DNA of 64,000 nt from an uncultured Methanoregulaceae archaeon (lineage in GTDB: Archaea > Halobacteriota > Methanomicrobia > Methanomicrobiales > Methanospirillaceae). The notes under the pieces were generated by a model, which was not told the DNA's origin, did no database searches, and saw only the letters and a program-made list of their open reading frames with translations. Positions within the stretch are counted from its first letter, which is position 1; the number at the start of each line of letters is the position of its first letter. Made by a program: the position numbers and the translations under genes. The stretch spans positions 1,312,001 to 1,376,000 of the forward strand of contig CAVTTL010000001.1 in NCBI GenBank assembly GCA_963737635.1, read 5' to 3'. This document shows positions 53,126 to 63,006 of the stretch, piece after piece.

Positions 53126-54754
53126 ATGGCGATCATCAGCCTTTCTTACAAGTACCTCGAACGACTGACTGGCACGGATCGGGAGACCATTTTAGAGCGT
53201 CTGCCGATGATCGGTTCCGAAATCGAACGTTTAGAGGAAGATCATGCGGATGTCGAGTTCTTCCCCAACCGCCCCGATCTCTTCTCAGTAGAAGGCGCTG
53301 CCCGGGCAATGCGGGGATTCCTCGGCATCGAGACCGGTCTCCCGGAATATGCAGTCAAACCCTCCGGGATCAGCTTCACGGTCGACCCCAATCTGAAAAA
53401 TATCCGGCCATTCCTCGCGTCAGCTGTTATCCGGAACGTCACTTTCGATGACGAATCCATCCTCTCGGTTATGGCGCTTCAGGAAGCCCTCCACTGGGCT
53501 GTGGGACGGGGCCGGAGCAAGGTTGCTATCGGTATCCACGACCTCGACACCGTTACACCACCGTTCCATTATACTGCCTCGCCACGAAGCAGGAGATTTG
53601 TCCCGCTCGATTTTACCGAAGAGCTCACGCTTGATGGCATCCTTGCCGAGCACCCGAAAGGCCGAGATTATGCAAAGATCGTGAAGGATTTCCCGCTCTT
53701 CCCCCTGATTGTTGATGCTGAGGAGAACGTCTGCTCTTTCCCACCGATCATCAACGGTGAACGGACCCGGGTGACGACCGGGACAAAAAACATTCTCCTC
53801 GATGTCACGGGTACCGACCAGCGGGCGGTCAGCGTCGCGGCAAATATTATCAGTACCGCCATGGTAGAAGCCGGCGCAACCCTCGAAAGCGTAGAGATTG
53901 ATGGTACAGAATCTCCCGATCTCACCCCGGCAGAACGCACGGTCAGCGTCCGGGAATGCTGCGATCTCATCGGCGTCGATCTGACCGCCCCGCAGATGGC
54001 AGAACTACTTGAAAGGATGCGGTTTGGCGCACGACCGGCAGGATCCGATCGTGTCCGTGTACAGGTGCCCTGTTACCGGGCTGATATCATGCACGACTGG
54101 GATCTCTTCGAGGATGTTGCCATTGCCTACGGATATGAGAACTTCGCCGTGGAGGTTCCCCCCACGTTCTCGATTGGAACACAACACCCGGTAAGCACAA
54201 TTGCAGCTCAGGTTCGCATGATCCTCGCGGGACTCGGGTACCTGGAGATGATGCCTTTTACGCTGACAAATGAACGGGTACTCTGCGATTACCTGCAGCG
54301 CCCCCGCTCCTCTTCAACACTCCACCTCATGCACCCGATCAGCGAAGAGTATACCATCGTGAGAACGGAGATTTTACCGCTCCTTCTCGAGATGCTGCAG
54401 GTCAACCGGCACCGTGAGCTCCCGCAGCGGATCTTTGCGACCGGAGATGTTCTTTCCGATCTCAGGACAACGCAGCGGCTGGCCGCGGTAAGCACCCATA
54501 CAACCGCGGACTTCTCAGAAGCCTATGCCCACGCAGATGCCGTCCTTCGTGAGCTTGGGATCGCGTATTGCGCTGAAGTCTCCGCTGATGCAGCCTTCAT
54601 TGAGGGAAGGCGGGCGGATATTATTGTCGAAGGAAAAAGAGTAGGGATATTCGGCGAGATCCATCCTGCTGTTCTGACAGCATTCGAGCTGGAACAACCG
54701 ATCGCAGCATTTGAGCTCGATCTCAGAGCCGTACCGGGATACCCTTCCCTTTAA
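53126..54754 (+). CDS. pheT: Phenylalanyl-tRNA synthetase beta subunit
   Basis: [33 protein letters not shown]. Confidence 0.96.
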   Translation: MAIISLSYKYLERLTGTDRETILERLPMIGSEIERLEEDHADVEFFPNRPDLFSVEGAARAMRGFLGIETGLPEYAVKPSGISFTVDPNLKNIRPFLASAVIRNVTFDDESILSVMALQEALHWAVGRGRSKVAIGIHDLDTVTPPFHYTASPRSRRFVPLDFTEELTLDGILAEHPKGRDYAKIVKDFPLFPLIVDAEENVCSFPPIINGERTRVTTGTKNILLDVTGTDQRAVSVAANIISTAMVEAGATLESVEIDGTESPDLTPAERTVSVRECCDLIGVDLTAPQMAELLERMRFGARPAGSDRVRVQVPCYRADIMHDWDLFEDVAIAYGYENFAVEVPPTFSIGTQHPVSTIAAQVRMILAGLGYLEMMPFTLTNERVLCDYLQRPRSSSTLHLMHPISEEYTIVRTEILPLLLEMLQVNRHRELPQRIFATGDVLSDLRTTQRLAAVSTHTTADFSEAYAHADAVLRELGIAYCAEVSADAAFIEGRRADIIVEGKRVGIFGEIHPAVLTAFELEQPIAAFELDLRAVPGYPSL

Positions 54755-55529
54755 GATACTCTTTTACATCGCGAACGGTAAATTCACCGTAGTGAAAGAC
54801 GCTTGCCGCGAGGCAGGCATCTGCTTTTCCCCGGGTAAAACCATCATAAAAATGTTCGAGCGTCCCAACGCCGCCGCTTGCAATCACCGGGATGCGTGCC
54901 GATTCCGAAATTGCCCGGGTGATCGCAATGTCGAACCCGTTTTTCGTGCCGTCAGTCTCCATGCTGGTAAGAAGGATCTCCCCGGCACCACGCTCTTCGA
55001 CATCTTTTGCCCAGCGCACCGCGTCTATCCCCGTCGGTTTGCTTCCGCCATAGATGACTACTTCGTACCAGCAGGTGCTGCCATCACATAGTTTCACCGG
55101 CACTGCCTCCGGGTTTGGCGTGAAATTCCGGCGGACATCCATTGCGACCACGATACACTGGGTCCCAAACGATTCTGCGCCCTTTGTGATCAGGATCGGA
55201 TCCTGCACGGCGCTCGTGTTCAGGCTCACCTTGTCGGCACCGGCCCTGAGGATCTGCTGGATGTCGTCGAGTGACCGCAGTCCGCCCCCGACCGTGAGCG
55301 GGAGGAAGAGCTGATCGGCTGCACGTTTGATGAGCTCGACGATAATCCCGCGTTTCTCCTTGGAAGCGGTGATATCCAAGAATACGACCTCGTCGGCACC
55401 TTGCTCGTTGTAGCGCTCAGCAAGTTCCACCGGGTCGCCGGCGTCCCTGAGACCAAGGAAGTTTGTCCCTTTTACCACCCGCCCATCCTTTAAGTCGAGG
55501 CAGGGGATGATCCGTCGCGTGAGCACCAT
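54723..55529 (-). CDS. hisF: Imidazole glycerol phosphate synthase cyclase subunit
   Basis: [43 protein letters not shown]. Confidence 0.97.
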   Translation of the reverse strand: MVLTRRIIPCLDLKDGRVVKGTNFLGLRDAGDPVELAERYNEQGADEVVFLDITASKEKRGIIVELIKRAADQLFLPLTVGGGLRSLDDIQQILRAGADKVSLNTSAVQDPILITKGAESFGTQCIVVAMDVRRNFTPNPEAVPVKLCDGSTCWYEVVIYGGSKPTGIDAVRWAKDVEERGAGEILLTSMETDGTKNGFDIAITRAISESARIPVIASGGVGTLEHFYDGFTRGKADACLAASVFHYGEFTVRDVKEYLKGKGIPVRL

Positions 55530-55677
55530 TTCATTTTTGTTTTCTTCCGCAAGTGCTATCTACCTATCTGCCAGCCCCCTTTTTTCGCGGGAAGTTTAAG
55601 TGCGTTCGTCACCTTATGTACCGGGTACGTGATTGAACAGTACCTGCCGCGGGCGAGGTACGATACAGGTGTTTTTC

Positions 55678-56904
55678 ATGAGTACCGGGAAGTTGAAGAT
55701 TGACTGGGCGGCACAGTATATGCCCGTGCTTGCCACCATTAGGAAACAGTTTGAGAAGGAGAAGCCCTTCAAGGGCATGACCATCGGTATGGCTCTCCAT
55801 GTGGAGGCAAAGACCGCAAACCTTGTCCAGACGCTTGCGGCGGGTGGCGCAAAAGTCTATATTACCGGCTGTAACCCGCTCTCGACACAGGACGATGTGG
55901 CGACGGCGTTAAATGAAGTAAAAAATGTCCACTGCTACGCGAAGCGCGGGTGCACGGTCGAGGAGTACTACGCCGCGATCGAACAGGTGCTTGACGCCGC
56001 ACCATCGATAACCATCGATGACGGCATGGATCTCATCCATTACCTCCACACTAAACGCCGTGACATGCTCAAGAAAGTGATCGGCGGCTGTGAGGAAACA
56101 ACGACCGGTATCCACCGGCTCCGGGCGATGGCGGCAGAGAAAAAACTTGAGTTCCCCGTTATCGCGGTCAACGACACACCGATGAAACGGTTCTTCGACA
56201 ACGTACACGGGACCGGGGAGAGCGTACTCTCCGCGATCATGATCACTACAAACACCCTTATTGCCGGCAAGTACTTCGTGGTTGCCGGGTACGGCTACTG
56301 CGGTAGGGGCCTCGCGAGCAAAGCCCATGGCCTCGGCGCCAAGGTCGTCGTTACCGAAGTTGATCCCCGCCGGGCTCTAGAGGCGCACATGGACGGGTAC
56401 CATGTCATGACGATGGACCAGGCTGTAGAGATTGGCGACATCTTTGTCACGACCACCGGCAACACCAGCGTAATCGGGAAAAATCATTTCGGGAAACTCA
56501 AAGCAGGTGCGATCCTTGCAAATGCCGGCCACTTTAACGTTGAAATCGACATTGCGTGGCTTGCAAAACATGCAGACTCGACTGTCGAACGTGACGGGAT
56601 CACGACCTATATCCTCAAGGGAAAACCGGTCCATGTGCTTGCCGAGGGAAGGCTCGTGAACCTTGCCACGCCAAAGGGCATGGGCCACCCGGTTGAGGTC
56701 ATGGACCTGAGTTTCGCACTGCAGGCGCTTTGCACCCGGTATATCGCGGAACACGGTCATTCCCTTAAAGGCGGTGTCTACGAAGTCCCCCAGGAGATCG
56801 ACGAACAGGTCGCCCGCCTCAAACTTGCGTCGCTTGGTCTTACCATCGATGAGCTGAGCGCGGCCCAGAAGAAATACCAGTGCAGCTGGGATATCGGAAC
56901 CTAA
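55678..56904 (+). CDS. ahcY: Adenosylhomocysteinase
   Basis: LHVEAKT, CNPLSTQD, EETTTG, FDN.HGTG, GYGYCG.G, EGRLVNL, GHP.EVMD.SF. Confidence 0.97.
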   Translation: MSTGKLKIDWAAQYMPVLATIRKQFEKEKPFKGMTIGMALHVEAKTANLVQTLAAGGAKVYITGCNPLSTQDDVATALNEVKNVHCYAKRGCTVEEYYAAIEQVLDAAPSITIDDGMDLIHYLHTKRRDMLKKVIGGCEETTTGIHRLRAMAAEKKLEFPVIAVNDTPMKRFFDNVHGTGESVLSAIMITTNTLIAGKYFVVAGYGYCGRGLASKAHGLGAKVVVTEVDPRRALEAHMDGYHVMTMDQAVEIGDIFVTTTGNTSVIGKNHFGKLKAGAILANAGHFNVEIDIAWLAKHADSTVERDGITTYILKGKPVHVLAEGRLVNLATPKGMGHPVEVMDLSFALQALCTRYIAEHGHSLKGGVYEVPQEIDEQVARLKLASLGLTIDELSAAQKKYQCSWDIGT

Positions 56905-56959
56905 CCTTTCCGATCCTATTCGTTTTTAATTCTAATTTCCAGACGCTCGGTCCATCTGT

Positions 56960-57892
56960 CTACCGGGCTTTTTCCTCCGGAGCATCCGTACTTACTTTTT
57001 TACCCACATTCCATTGTTCGTAGATAACGATCAATGCCCCGGCGGCAAAAAGGGGAACAGCAAGCCAGAACTGGCTGCCGAGTGGATCGGAAAAGACGAA
57101 AAGTGAGGCAATGCAGCCGATGAACGGTGCAGCTGCGTAAATGGCTCCTGCCCTAGCGGCACCCATATCCCGCAGTGCAACAATAAACAGAATGAGACCA
57201 AGCCCGAAGGAAACGAATCCGGTGAGGATGGCAAGGACGATCAGGTTTGCTGCCGGCAAGGGCTCACCGAGGAGAATCACAAGCACCGCCGCGATGCTCC
57301 CGCCAAAGATCACCTTGCAGAGCGCGATAAGGCCGGGAGGGTAGGCAGAAATATGCGCCATACAGTTGTTGTCTATTCCCCAGAAAAAACCAGAGATGAT
57401 AATGCCGAGTGCTCCAAGAGAGAACCCAAGGGCGCTTTCACCATTCCAGCCAAGAATGATGCTGCCGGCAAAAATAAGGATAAGGGCGAGGCCCATCGTT
57501 TTATCGGCCGGTTCACGGAACACCCAGAACGCAAGCAAGACGGTTGCCACGATCTCGAAATTTAAGAGAAGTGCCGCGGTCGCCGCCGGTGTAACAGTGA
57601 GCGCGAAGCACTGGGTAACAGGGGCCACAAAACCGCCGATGACAACTGTTCCCGCCAGAAGGTACAGTTCCTTTCTGCCTGCACGCGGCTGCCCGGTAGT
57701 AAAACGCGGGCCGCTTACCACTCGCCAGCAGAGGACCCCGGCGCCGGACCCCAGAGAGAGCAGTGCGATAAGGAGCAGGGGGGCCATCCCATCGACTAGA
57801 ATTTTCAGAAGCGGTGTCGCTGTCCCGAAGAGAATGGTCGCGCACGCCAGTGCAGCGATCGCTTTTGGCAGTTTGGGAAAGTGGACGTCCAT
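56960..57892 (-). CDS. DMT/EamA family transporter
   Basis: 10 TMs, LLLNFE..T..LA..FRE, WGIDNN. Confidence 0.88.
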   Translation of the reverse strand: MDVHFPKLPKAIAALACATILFGTATPLLKILVDGMAPLLLIALLSLGSGAGVLCWRVVSGPRFTTGQPRAGRKELYLLAGTVVIGGFVAPVTQCFALTVTPAATAALLLNFEIVATVLLAFWVFREPADKTMGLALILIFAGSIILGWNGESALGFSLGALGIIISGFFWGIDNNCMAHISAYPPGLIALCKVIFGGSIAAVLVILLGEPLPAANLIVLAILTGFVSFGLGLILFIVALRDMGAARAGAIYAAAPFIGCIASLFVFSDPLGSQFWLAVPLFAAGALIVIYEQWNVGKKVSTDAPEEKAR

Positions 57893-57944
57893 GGTATCAG
57901 GCTCTTTGAGAATATGTGCAGAGAAATCTCCTATTTGGGATGAA

Positions 57945-58808
57945 TCAGGTCTTTGACCCTTCCCGCGCCGCGTAAAGATATTCCTGGGCAATTCCGCAGT
58001 ACGCGCCGAAATGTTTCCTGGCAAACGTCCGGATCCCATCGTACTCCCGTCCAGTCAAGGGAGCGTCCGGGTTAAGTGTGGTGAGATAGTGCGCCCCCAT
58101 TATCCGCCGGATCCAGACATCAACCGGGAATGCCTCGAACTTCTGGAACGCAAAGAGCAGGACGCAGTCCGCCGCCTTTGGGCCGATACCGGAGAATTTC
58201 ATGATCTGCCCGGCGCGCCTCCTCGTACGGCAGCGCGGCGACGTCTTTTGCCCAGTTTTTTTGTGCCGCAACGTCACGGGCTGTGTCAAAGACGTATGGC
58301 ATGCGGTACCCGAGCCTGCATTCTGCGAGAGCGGATGATCCCCCGGAGCAGGAGATCCTTGACGGTTCAGGAAATGAAAAAAAAGTCGTATCACCCTCAT
58401 CAATTTCATCACCGAACTTCTCAGCGATCAAGGCGATCCGCCGGCGGATCATAGGTATATTGGAATTGGTGGCGCAGATGTAGGAGCAGAGACATTCCCA
58501 CGCCGGTCTGCCGGTACGAGGCGCAGGCCCCGGCACCGTTCGATAGCCTCATGGATGAATGGATCAGTGTCAATCGATAGAAGTATTGCGCCCAGATCAA
58601 GGTCGAGTGAGAAATAATGCTGGATAAACGTCTTATCGGCGCCCTCAAAGGTCAGGGTCGCACCCTTCTGTTGGCACCGGATTACCCGGTCGCCCACGAC
58701 TCCGCACCAGCTGCCATCCGGCAGACGGTCCCAGCGAAAGGCCTGCCCACACCCGAGCGTCTGGTCAAGTGAGAACGGCTGGTTATGGCGAAGCACGATC
58801 TGTGGCAT
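57945..58808 (-). CDS. ogg: 8-oxoguanine DNA glycosylase (OGG1-like); 2 frameshifts (~58510, ~58210)
   Basis: FSLDQTL.CGQAFRW, GLRL, WECL.SYI..TN.NI, LGYR, GIGPK.ADCVLLF..FPVD.W, G.AQ.YL across three frames. Confidence 0.85.
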
Positions 58809-58971
58809 CTTGAACTGTCCCGGTCAGTTATCTGCTTTTAACCTTTTTAGATTAGAGCGGACGATTAATAATGTGAATTCTATGTATGACAAGCCTATTT
58901 TGAGATCGCACACCTTTTTATTTTCGCGATGGGACGGATAGCCTTTTAATATATCGATTAACAGTTCTTTC

Positions 58972-59301
58972 ATGGAATTAACAGAAACCCTCAAGGCCTT
59001 TATTGAAGAAGGCGGAGACTGGGAACGCAAACAGACCACGCTTCCCGGTGTCTCCATTATCCGGCTTCCGGCGACAAAAAACCGTCCGGCTTCACTTGCG
59101 ATCGATATTAACCCGCTTGGTGAACATGGTCTCCCCATGAAGAAAAAAGGAATCATGATCATGAATGCCGCCGAGCTCGCAGCATTCAGAGCAATCTTCA
59201 ATAATGAAAAAACCGATGGCCTTTTGAAGGCACTCGAAGAAGTCCTCCCCGAGCGTAAATCAGCAGCAAAAACCAAAAAAGCGGACGTTGTCCAGATCTA
59301 G
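58972..59301 (+). CDS. Conserved hypothetical archaeal protein
   Basis: 109 aa, DWERK.T..PGV..R.P..INP...KKKG; TTTTAATA about 25 nt upstream. Confidence 0.75.
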   Translation: MELTETLKAFIEEGGDWERKQTTLPGVSIIRLPATKNRPASLAIDINPLGEHGLPMKKKGIMIMNAAELAAFRAIFNNEKTDGLLKALEEVLPERKSAAKTKKADVVQI

Positions 59302-59338
59302 GACGTAAAAGACAGCACAATCCCGTTGGACTTTCGGA

Positions 59339-59827
59339 GTGATGCGTATTAAAATAATTCACATCGTCCCTCTTTTTCTTCTCGTCCTTACGCTCGCGGG
59401 TGCCGGGTGTCTTGGAACAAAAGCCCTTCCGGTCAACAAGACTGCACCCCCCTCTGTTCTTGTCGATTACCACCGGACCGGGGGCACTGACGGTGTCAAT
59501 GATCGTCTGGTGATCTTTACTAACGGCGTTGCGGTGATCTCCGGGGAGTCCACCAATACCGAGATTTCACTCAATGCGACCGATCTCGCACTTCTTTCCG
59601 TGCTGTTCAACGAGTCCCAGTTCTCAGATCTCCAGGCCAACTACCCGGCTCCCTACCAAAGGTCGAATCTTATGACGTATACGGTCAGTTACCGTGGAAA
59701 GACGGTGACAGCCGAGGAATCGGACATCCCGCCGTCATTCGAGACGATAGTCGAGAAACTGGACCAGATCCTTGAGAGTGCCGGTACGCAAAAAATCGTT
59801 TATCCGACTCTCGGGATCGCACGTTAG
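59339..59827 (+). CDS. Lipoprotein, possibly emfourin-like
   Basis: GAGC lipobox; VDYHRTGG.DG and YTVSY..KTV...IP...IVE.L. Confidence 0.65.
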   Translation: MMRIKIIHIVPLFLLVLTLAGAGCLGTKALPVNKTAPPSVLVDYHRTGGTDGVNDRLVIFTNGVAVISGESTNTEISLNATDLALLSVLFNESQFSDLQANYPAPYQRSNLMTYTVSYRGKTVTAEESDIPPSFETIVEKLDQILESAGTQKIVYPTLGIAR

Positions 59828-59980
59828 TTATTCGTCAGTACCCCATGGAGGTACCCTCGGGCGGTGTGCAGTACCACTGCTGATACAACCTCCCCCGATT
59901 ATAGCGCAATGCGGTCAGGAATAAAAGCCTGCATTTCGCAATCAGGTACAATGAAACTATTCTTAAAAGATATGCGTCAA

Positions 59981-61186
59981 TCATGCCCTTTTCGCTATCT
60001 TCGCTATTACCTTGCCGGTGAGACTCCTTTCAAGTGATATGGCATGGTTGTCGCACATCTCATGACAGCAATAACAGCGTATGCAATTCTTATAGGTTAT
60101 CTGGGGCTTTTTACCAACTATAGCGATGGTCGTTTTCGGGCAGCTCTGCACGCATTTCATGCAGCCGATACAGGTGTTGGGGTCAATCTTAGGCCATGGT
60201 GGATATGCCTTTGCAACGGCAAAAAACATACGAAGCACTATTCTGCGTTTCAGGTCCGTTCGATCGCTCTCTTTACCAATGCCGGAAAACGTGGAAGGGT
60301 GCTTAAAGTCTCTGACTATGAGCGCCGCAGGGTCATCTCCTAGAACGGTAACGTCACTGAGGTCCTTCCTGAGATAACCCCGCTCGACGGCCGCCTTGAC
60401 CGTGCCGATATCCATCGGGTCAAAGGACATCAGTCGCGCCGTCACGACATCGATAGCGCTATAGTCTCCCGAGGCCATCACAGCACCTATCTTTCGCGGT
60501 GTCCCGGTATGCGGTCCATCGCCTTCCATACCGACAACTGCATCCATGACCTGCAGCTTCGGCTTGACGACCTCGTTGAGGTCTATGATCATGCGGCAGA
60601 AATCGTCCGAGGAGGGCATTTTCCCGTGGTAGAGCGGCTTTTCAAATCCGGGTATGACCCCGAACAGGTTTTTTGCAGCGCCACTAAGATAGGTCAATGA
60701 ATGCGTCTTTGCTTTGGAGACAACGACCACGGCGTCCGCATCCAGTGCCGGGTTGATGATCGAAAACCGCTTCGCCATTTTACCGTCAGGAGCAGGCACT
60801 TCACGGCACCCCGTGTCGTAGTTCAGCGATATGTCAAGTTCCTCGGAAATTTTATCGTATCCCGAGGCAGCGTAGCTTTTTCTCAGGGTAGTTTCGGTAT
60901 AGGGCAGGCCTGAGCCGGGGCTATCACCCATGATCACCTTGCACCCGTGGCCCTTCAATATGCGGGCGACCGCATAAACGACTTCTGGATGCGTAGTCAC
61001 GCACGTCTCGGGTGCTGAACCCAGCAGCAGGTTGAACTTGAGGAAAACGGTCTGGCCGGGGGACACAAACCTACCTATGCCCCCGATCAAGTCGATCGAT
61101 CGTTCCACGGCAAGGTATGTTTTTTCCCGATTATAGTCTTCGCATCGTACCAGTGAGACTGGTTTTAAGCCGGTAGTATCGCTCAT
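59981..61186 (-). CDS. DUF362 protein with C-terminal 2x[4Fe-4S] domain
   Basis: LK.NLL, TTHPE, KTH...GA.KNLFG, MEGDGP; CIGCMKC..C and CIRCYCCHEMC. Confidence 0.9.
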   Translation of the reverse strand: MSDTTGLKPVSLVRCEDYNREKTYLAVERSIDLIGGIGRFVSPGQTVFLKFNLLLGSAPETCVTTHPEVVYAVARILKGHGCKVIMGDSPGSGLPYTETTLRKSYAASGYDKISEELDISLNYDTGCREVPAPDGKMAKRFSIINPALDADAVVVVSKAKTHSLTYLSGAAKNLFGVIPGFEKPLYHGKMPSSDDFCRMIIDLNEVVKPKLQVMDAVVGMEGDGPHTGTPRKIGAVMASGDYSAIDVVTARLMSFDPMDIGTVKAAVERGYLRKDLSDVTVLGDDPAALIVRDFKHPSTFSGIGKESDRTDLKRRIVLRMFFAVAKAYPPWPKIDPNTCIGCMKCVQSCPKTTIAIVGKKPQITYKNCIRCYCCHEMCDNHAISLERSLTGKVIAKIAKRA

Positions 61187-61201
61187 GTTAAGACCATCGC
61201 A

Positions 61202-61218
61202 ACTGACATGTTGTCAGT
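61202..61218. promoter_or_regulatory. Putative TetR operator ACTGACA-TGT-TGTCAGT
   Basis: 7-bp inverted repeat 16 nt upstream of the DUF362 start; related copy upstream of tetR. Confidence 0.6.
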
Positions 61219-61251
61219 AACGACACAAATAGATATCGTTCGACCGAAAAT

Positions 61252-61867
61252 CTATGGCGATGATCGAAAAGATCCCTTAAGAGCACCGAGCGTTTTCTCC
61301 ATCATCGCCCGTAAAGCATCAATTTTTTTCCGGCGTATCTTCCGGGTCGCGTGTATTCTTGAGCTCGCGATTCAGGTACAGGCTGACAAAGAAAAGCATC
61401 TCTGCGGTCTCGTCAGGATACTCCGTTTCGAAATGACCCTCCGCTATACCCTGCCGAACGATTTGCCGTACGAGGTGGAGGATCTTTTTCTTCAGGTCCT
61501 TTACGTACTCCTCCCGTCCGCTGATAGACTTATCAACGGATGCACCTTTGCCGAGCCCCATCTTTTTGCGGGAAAGATCGATTAAGGCATCGGATATCAG
61601 CAGCAGCTTCCGGGGTGCATTCAGCGCCGGGTCGTCCGCCACCCGGACAACATATTCGCCGAGGTGATCTAAGTACCGATCAATGATGGCCCGGACCAGA
61701 TCGTCCTTGGAGCGGAAATAGTAGTAAAAGGTGCCCTGCGCGATGCGTGCTTCGCGTATGATATCGCTGGGGGAAGTGTGATCGCACCCTTTTTGGGTGA
61801 AGATCGTTTCGGCGATGTCCATCAGCTCATTCCTGCGCACTTCAGGGCTTTTCTTGATCCTAGCCAT
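61252..61867 (-). CDS. TetR/AcrR family regulator; frameshift near 61325
   Basis: RR.EL..A..IF..KG...DI..A.IA.GTFYYYF.SKD; alternative frame continues KIDALRAMMEKTLGALKGSF to TAG at 61254-61252. Confidence 0.88.
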
Positions 61868-61887
61868 GATCCCCCGTTAAAAGAACT

Positions 61888-61904
61888 ATTGACAAGTAGT
61901 CAGT
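61888..61904. promoter_or_regulatory. Putative TetR auto-operator ATTGACA-AGT-AGTCAGT
   Basis: Same TGAC-N5-GTCA core and flanks as 61202-61218. Confidence 0.55.
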
Positions 61905-62003
61905 AAAGTTGTATAATCATTTTCCAGAAAAGCGTACGTTTCCGGAAGCGATACCGGCTATCTCTGGGGGGACCCGGTAATGTGTTCTTCCCGGAGAAAA
62001 GGG

Positions 62004-62897
62004 TTATTTGTTCTCGTACATGCACGACTGCACGTCGTGCCCGAGTTTCCCGATCGCATCGGCACGGCACCGCTGGCAGTGCCGCATCTGTTTTACATAC
62101 TTCCCACAGGCATCCTGCATCTTCCTTTTCATCTCGGGTGTTGGCGGGGCGATGTCGGCGAACTTATACTGGGCGATAAGCGGAATAAGGTTAAAAGTGT
62201 AGACCCCCATCTCCCCGACCTTCTTTGCAATGTCCAGGATATGATCTTCGTTGATCCCCGGAATATAGACGGTATTTATCTTGACGATCATGTGCCGTGC
62301 CACCGCCATCTCGATGCCTTTGAGCTGTTGCGAGAGGAGCAGTTTTGCGGCTTCAATTCCGGTGTACCGCTTTCCTTTATAGTCGACGAACTGGTAGATC
62401 TTCGCCCCGATCTCCGGGTCGATGGCGTTGAGCGTAACGGTTATATTACCCACATCGTACTTCTGGAGCAGATCGATTGTGTCCGGGAGGAGCAGGCCGT
62501 TTGTACTGATGCACTTGATAACCCCTGGGTACTCTTCATGGAGCCTGCGGAGCGTCTCGAAGGTCTCCTCATTTGCGAGCGGGTCCCCGGGACCTGCAAT
62601 GCCTATGACCTTGATATAGTCGTATTTTTCGGTGACCTTTTTTACCATGTCCATAGCTTCGTCCGGTTTGAGGACCCGGGTAGTCACACCGGGCCTGCTT
62701 TCGTTAACGCAGTCAAAATCCCGGATACAGTAGTTACACTGGATATTGCACTTGGGTGCCACAGGAATGTGGCAGCGCCCGAAAGCATGGCATGCCTTTT
62801 CGGAAAAACAGGGGTGCTCCTGGATTTTTCGCATCTGTGCAGGGTCCCACTGTACTTTCCTCCCCGCCACTTCTGCGGTCTTTATTTCGTCGGACAT
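62004..62897 (-). CDS. nifB: NifB (radical SAM domain only, methanogen type)
   Basis: HPC, CNIQCNYC, ESRPG, AGPGD, TVTLN, CQRCRADA: the full NifB fingerprint. Confidence 0.9.
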   Translation of the reverse strand: MSDEIKTAEVAGRKVQWDPAQMRKIQEHPCFSEKACHAFGRCHIPVAPKCNIQCNYCIRDFDCVNESRPGVTTRVLKPDEAMDMVKKVTEKYDYIKVIGIAGPGDPLANEETFETLRRLHEEYPGVIKCISTNGLLLPDTIDLLQKYDVGNITVTLNAIDPEIGAKIYQFVDYKGKRYTGIEAAKLLLSQQLKGIEMAVARHMIVKINTVYIPGINEDHILDIAKKVGEMGVYTFNLIPLIAQYKFADIAPPTPEMKRKMQDACGKYVKQMRHCQRCRADAIGKLGHDVQSCMYENK

Positions 62898-63006
62898 AGG
62901 CAACTACGTTTTAGATGAGTTTTCCATCTATAAATAAAGTTCAATAGGGGTTATTTACCCCGGCCGACAAGATAGTACAAGTCAGCAGCTGATTCTAAAC
63001 AGAGGG

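Noticed and set aside
54723-54754. 32-nt convergent overlap of pheT and hisF
   Set aside because: Short tail overlaps are common; no further signal
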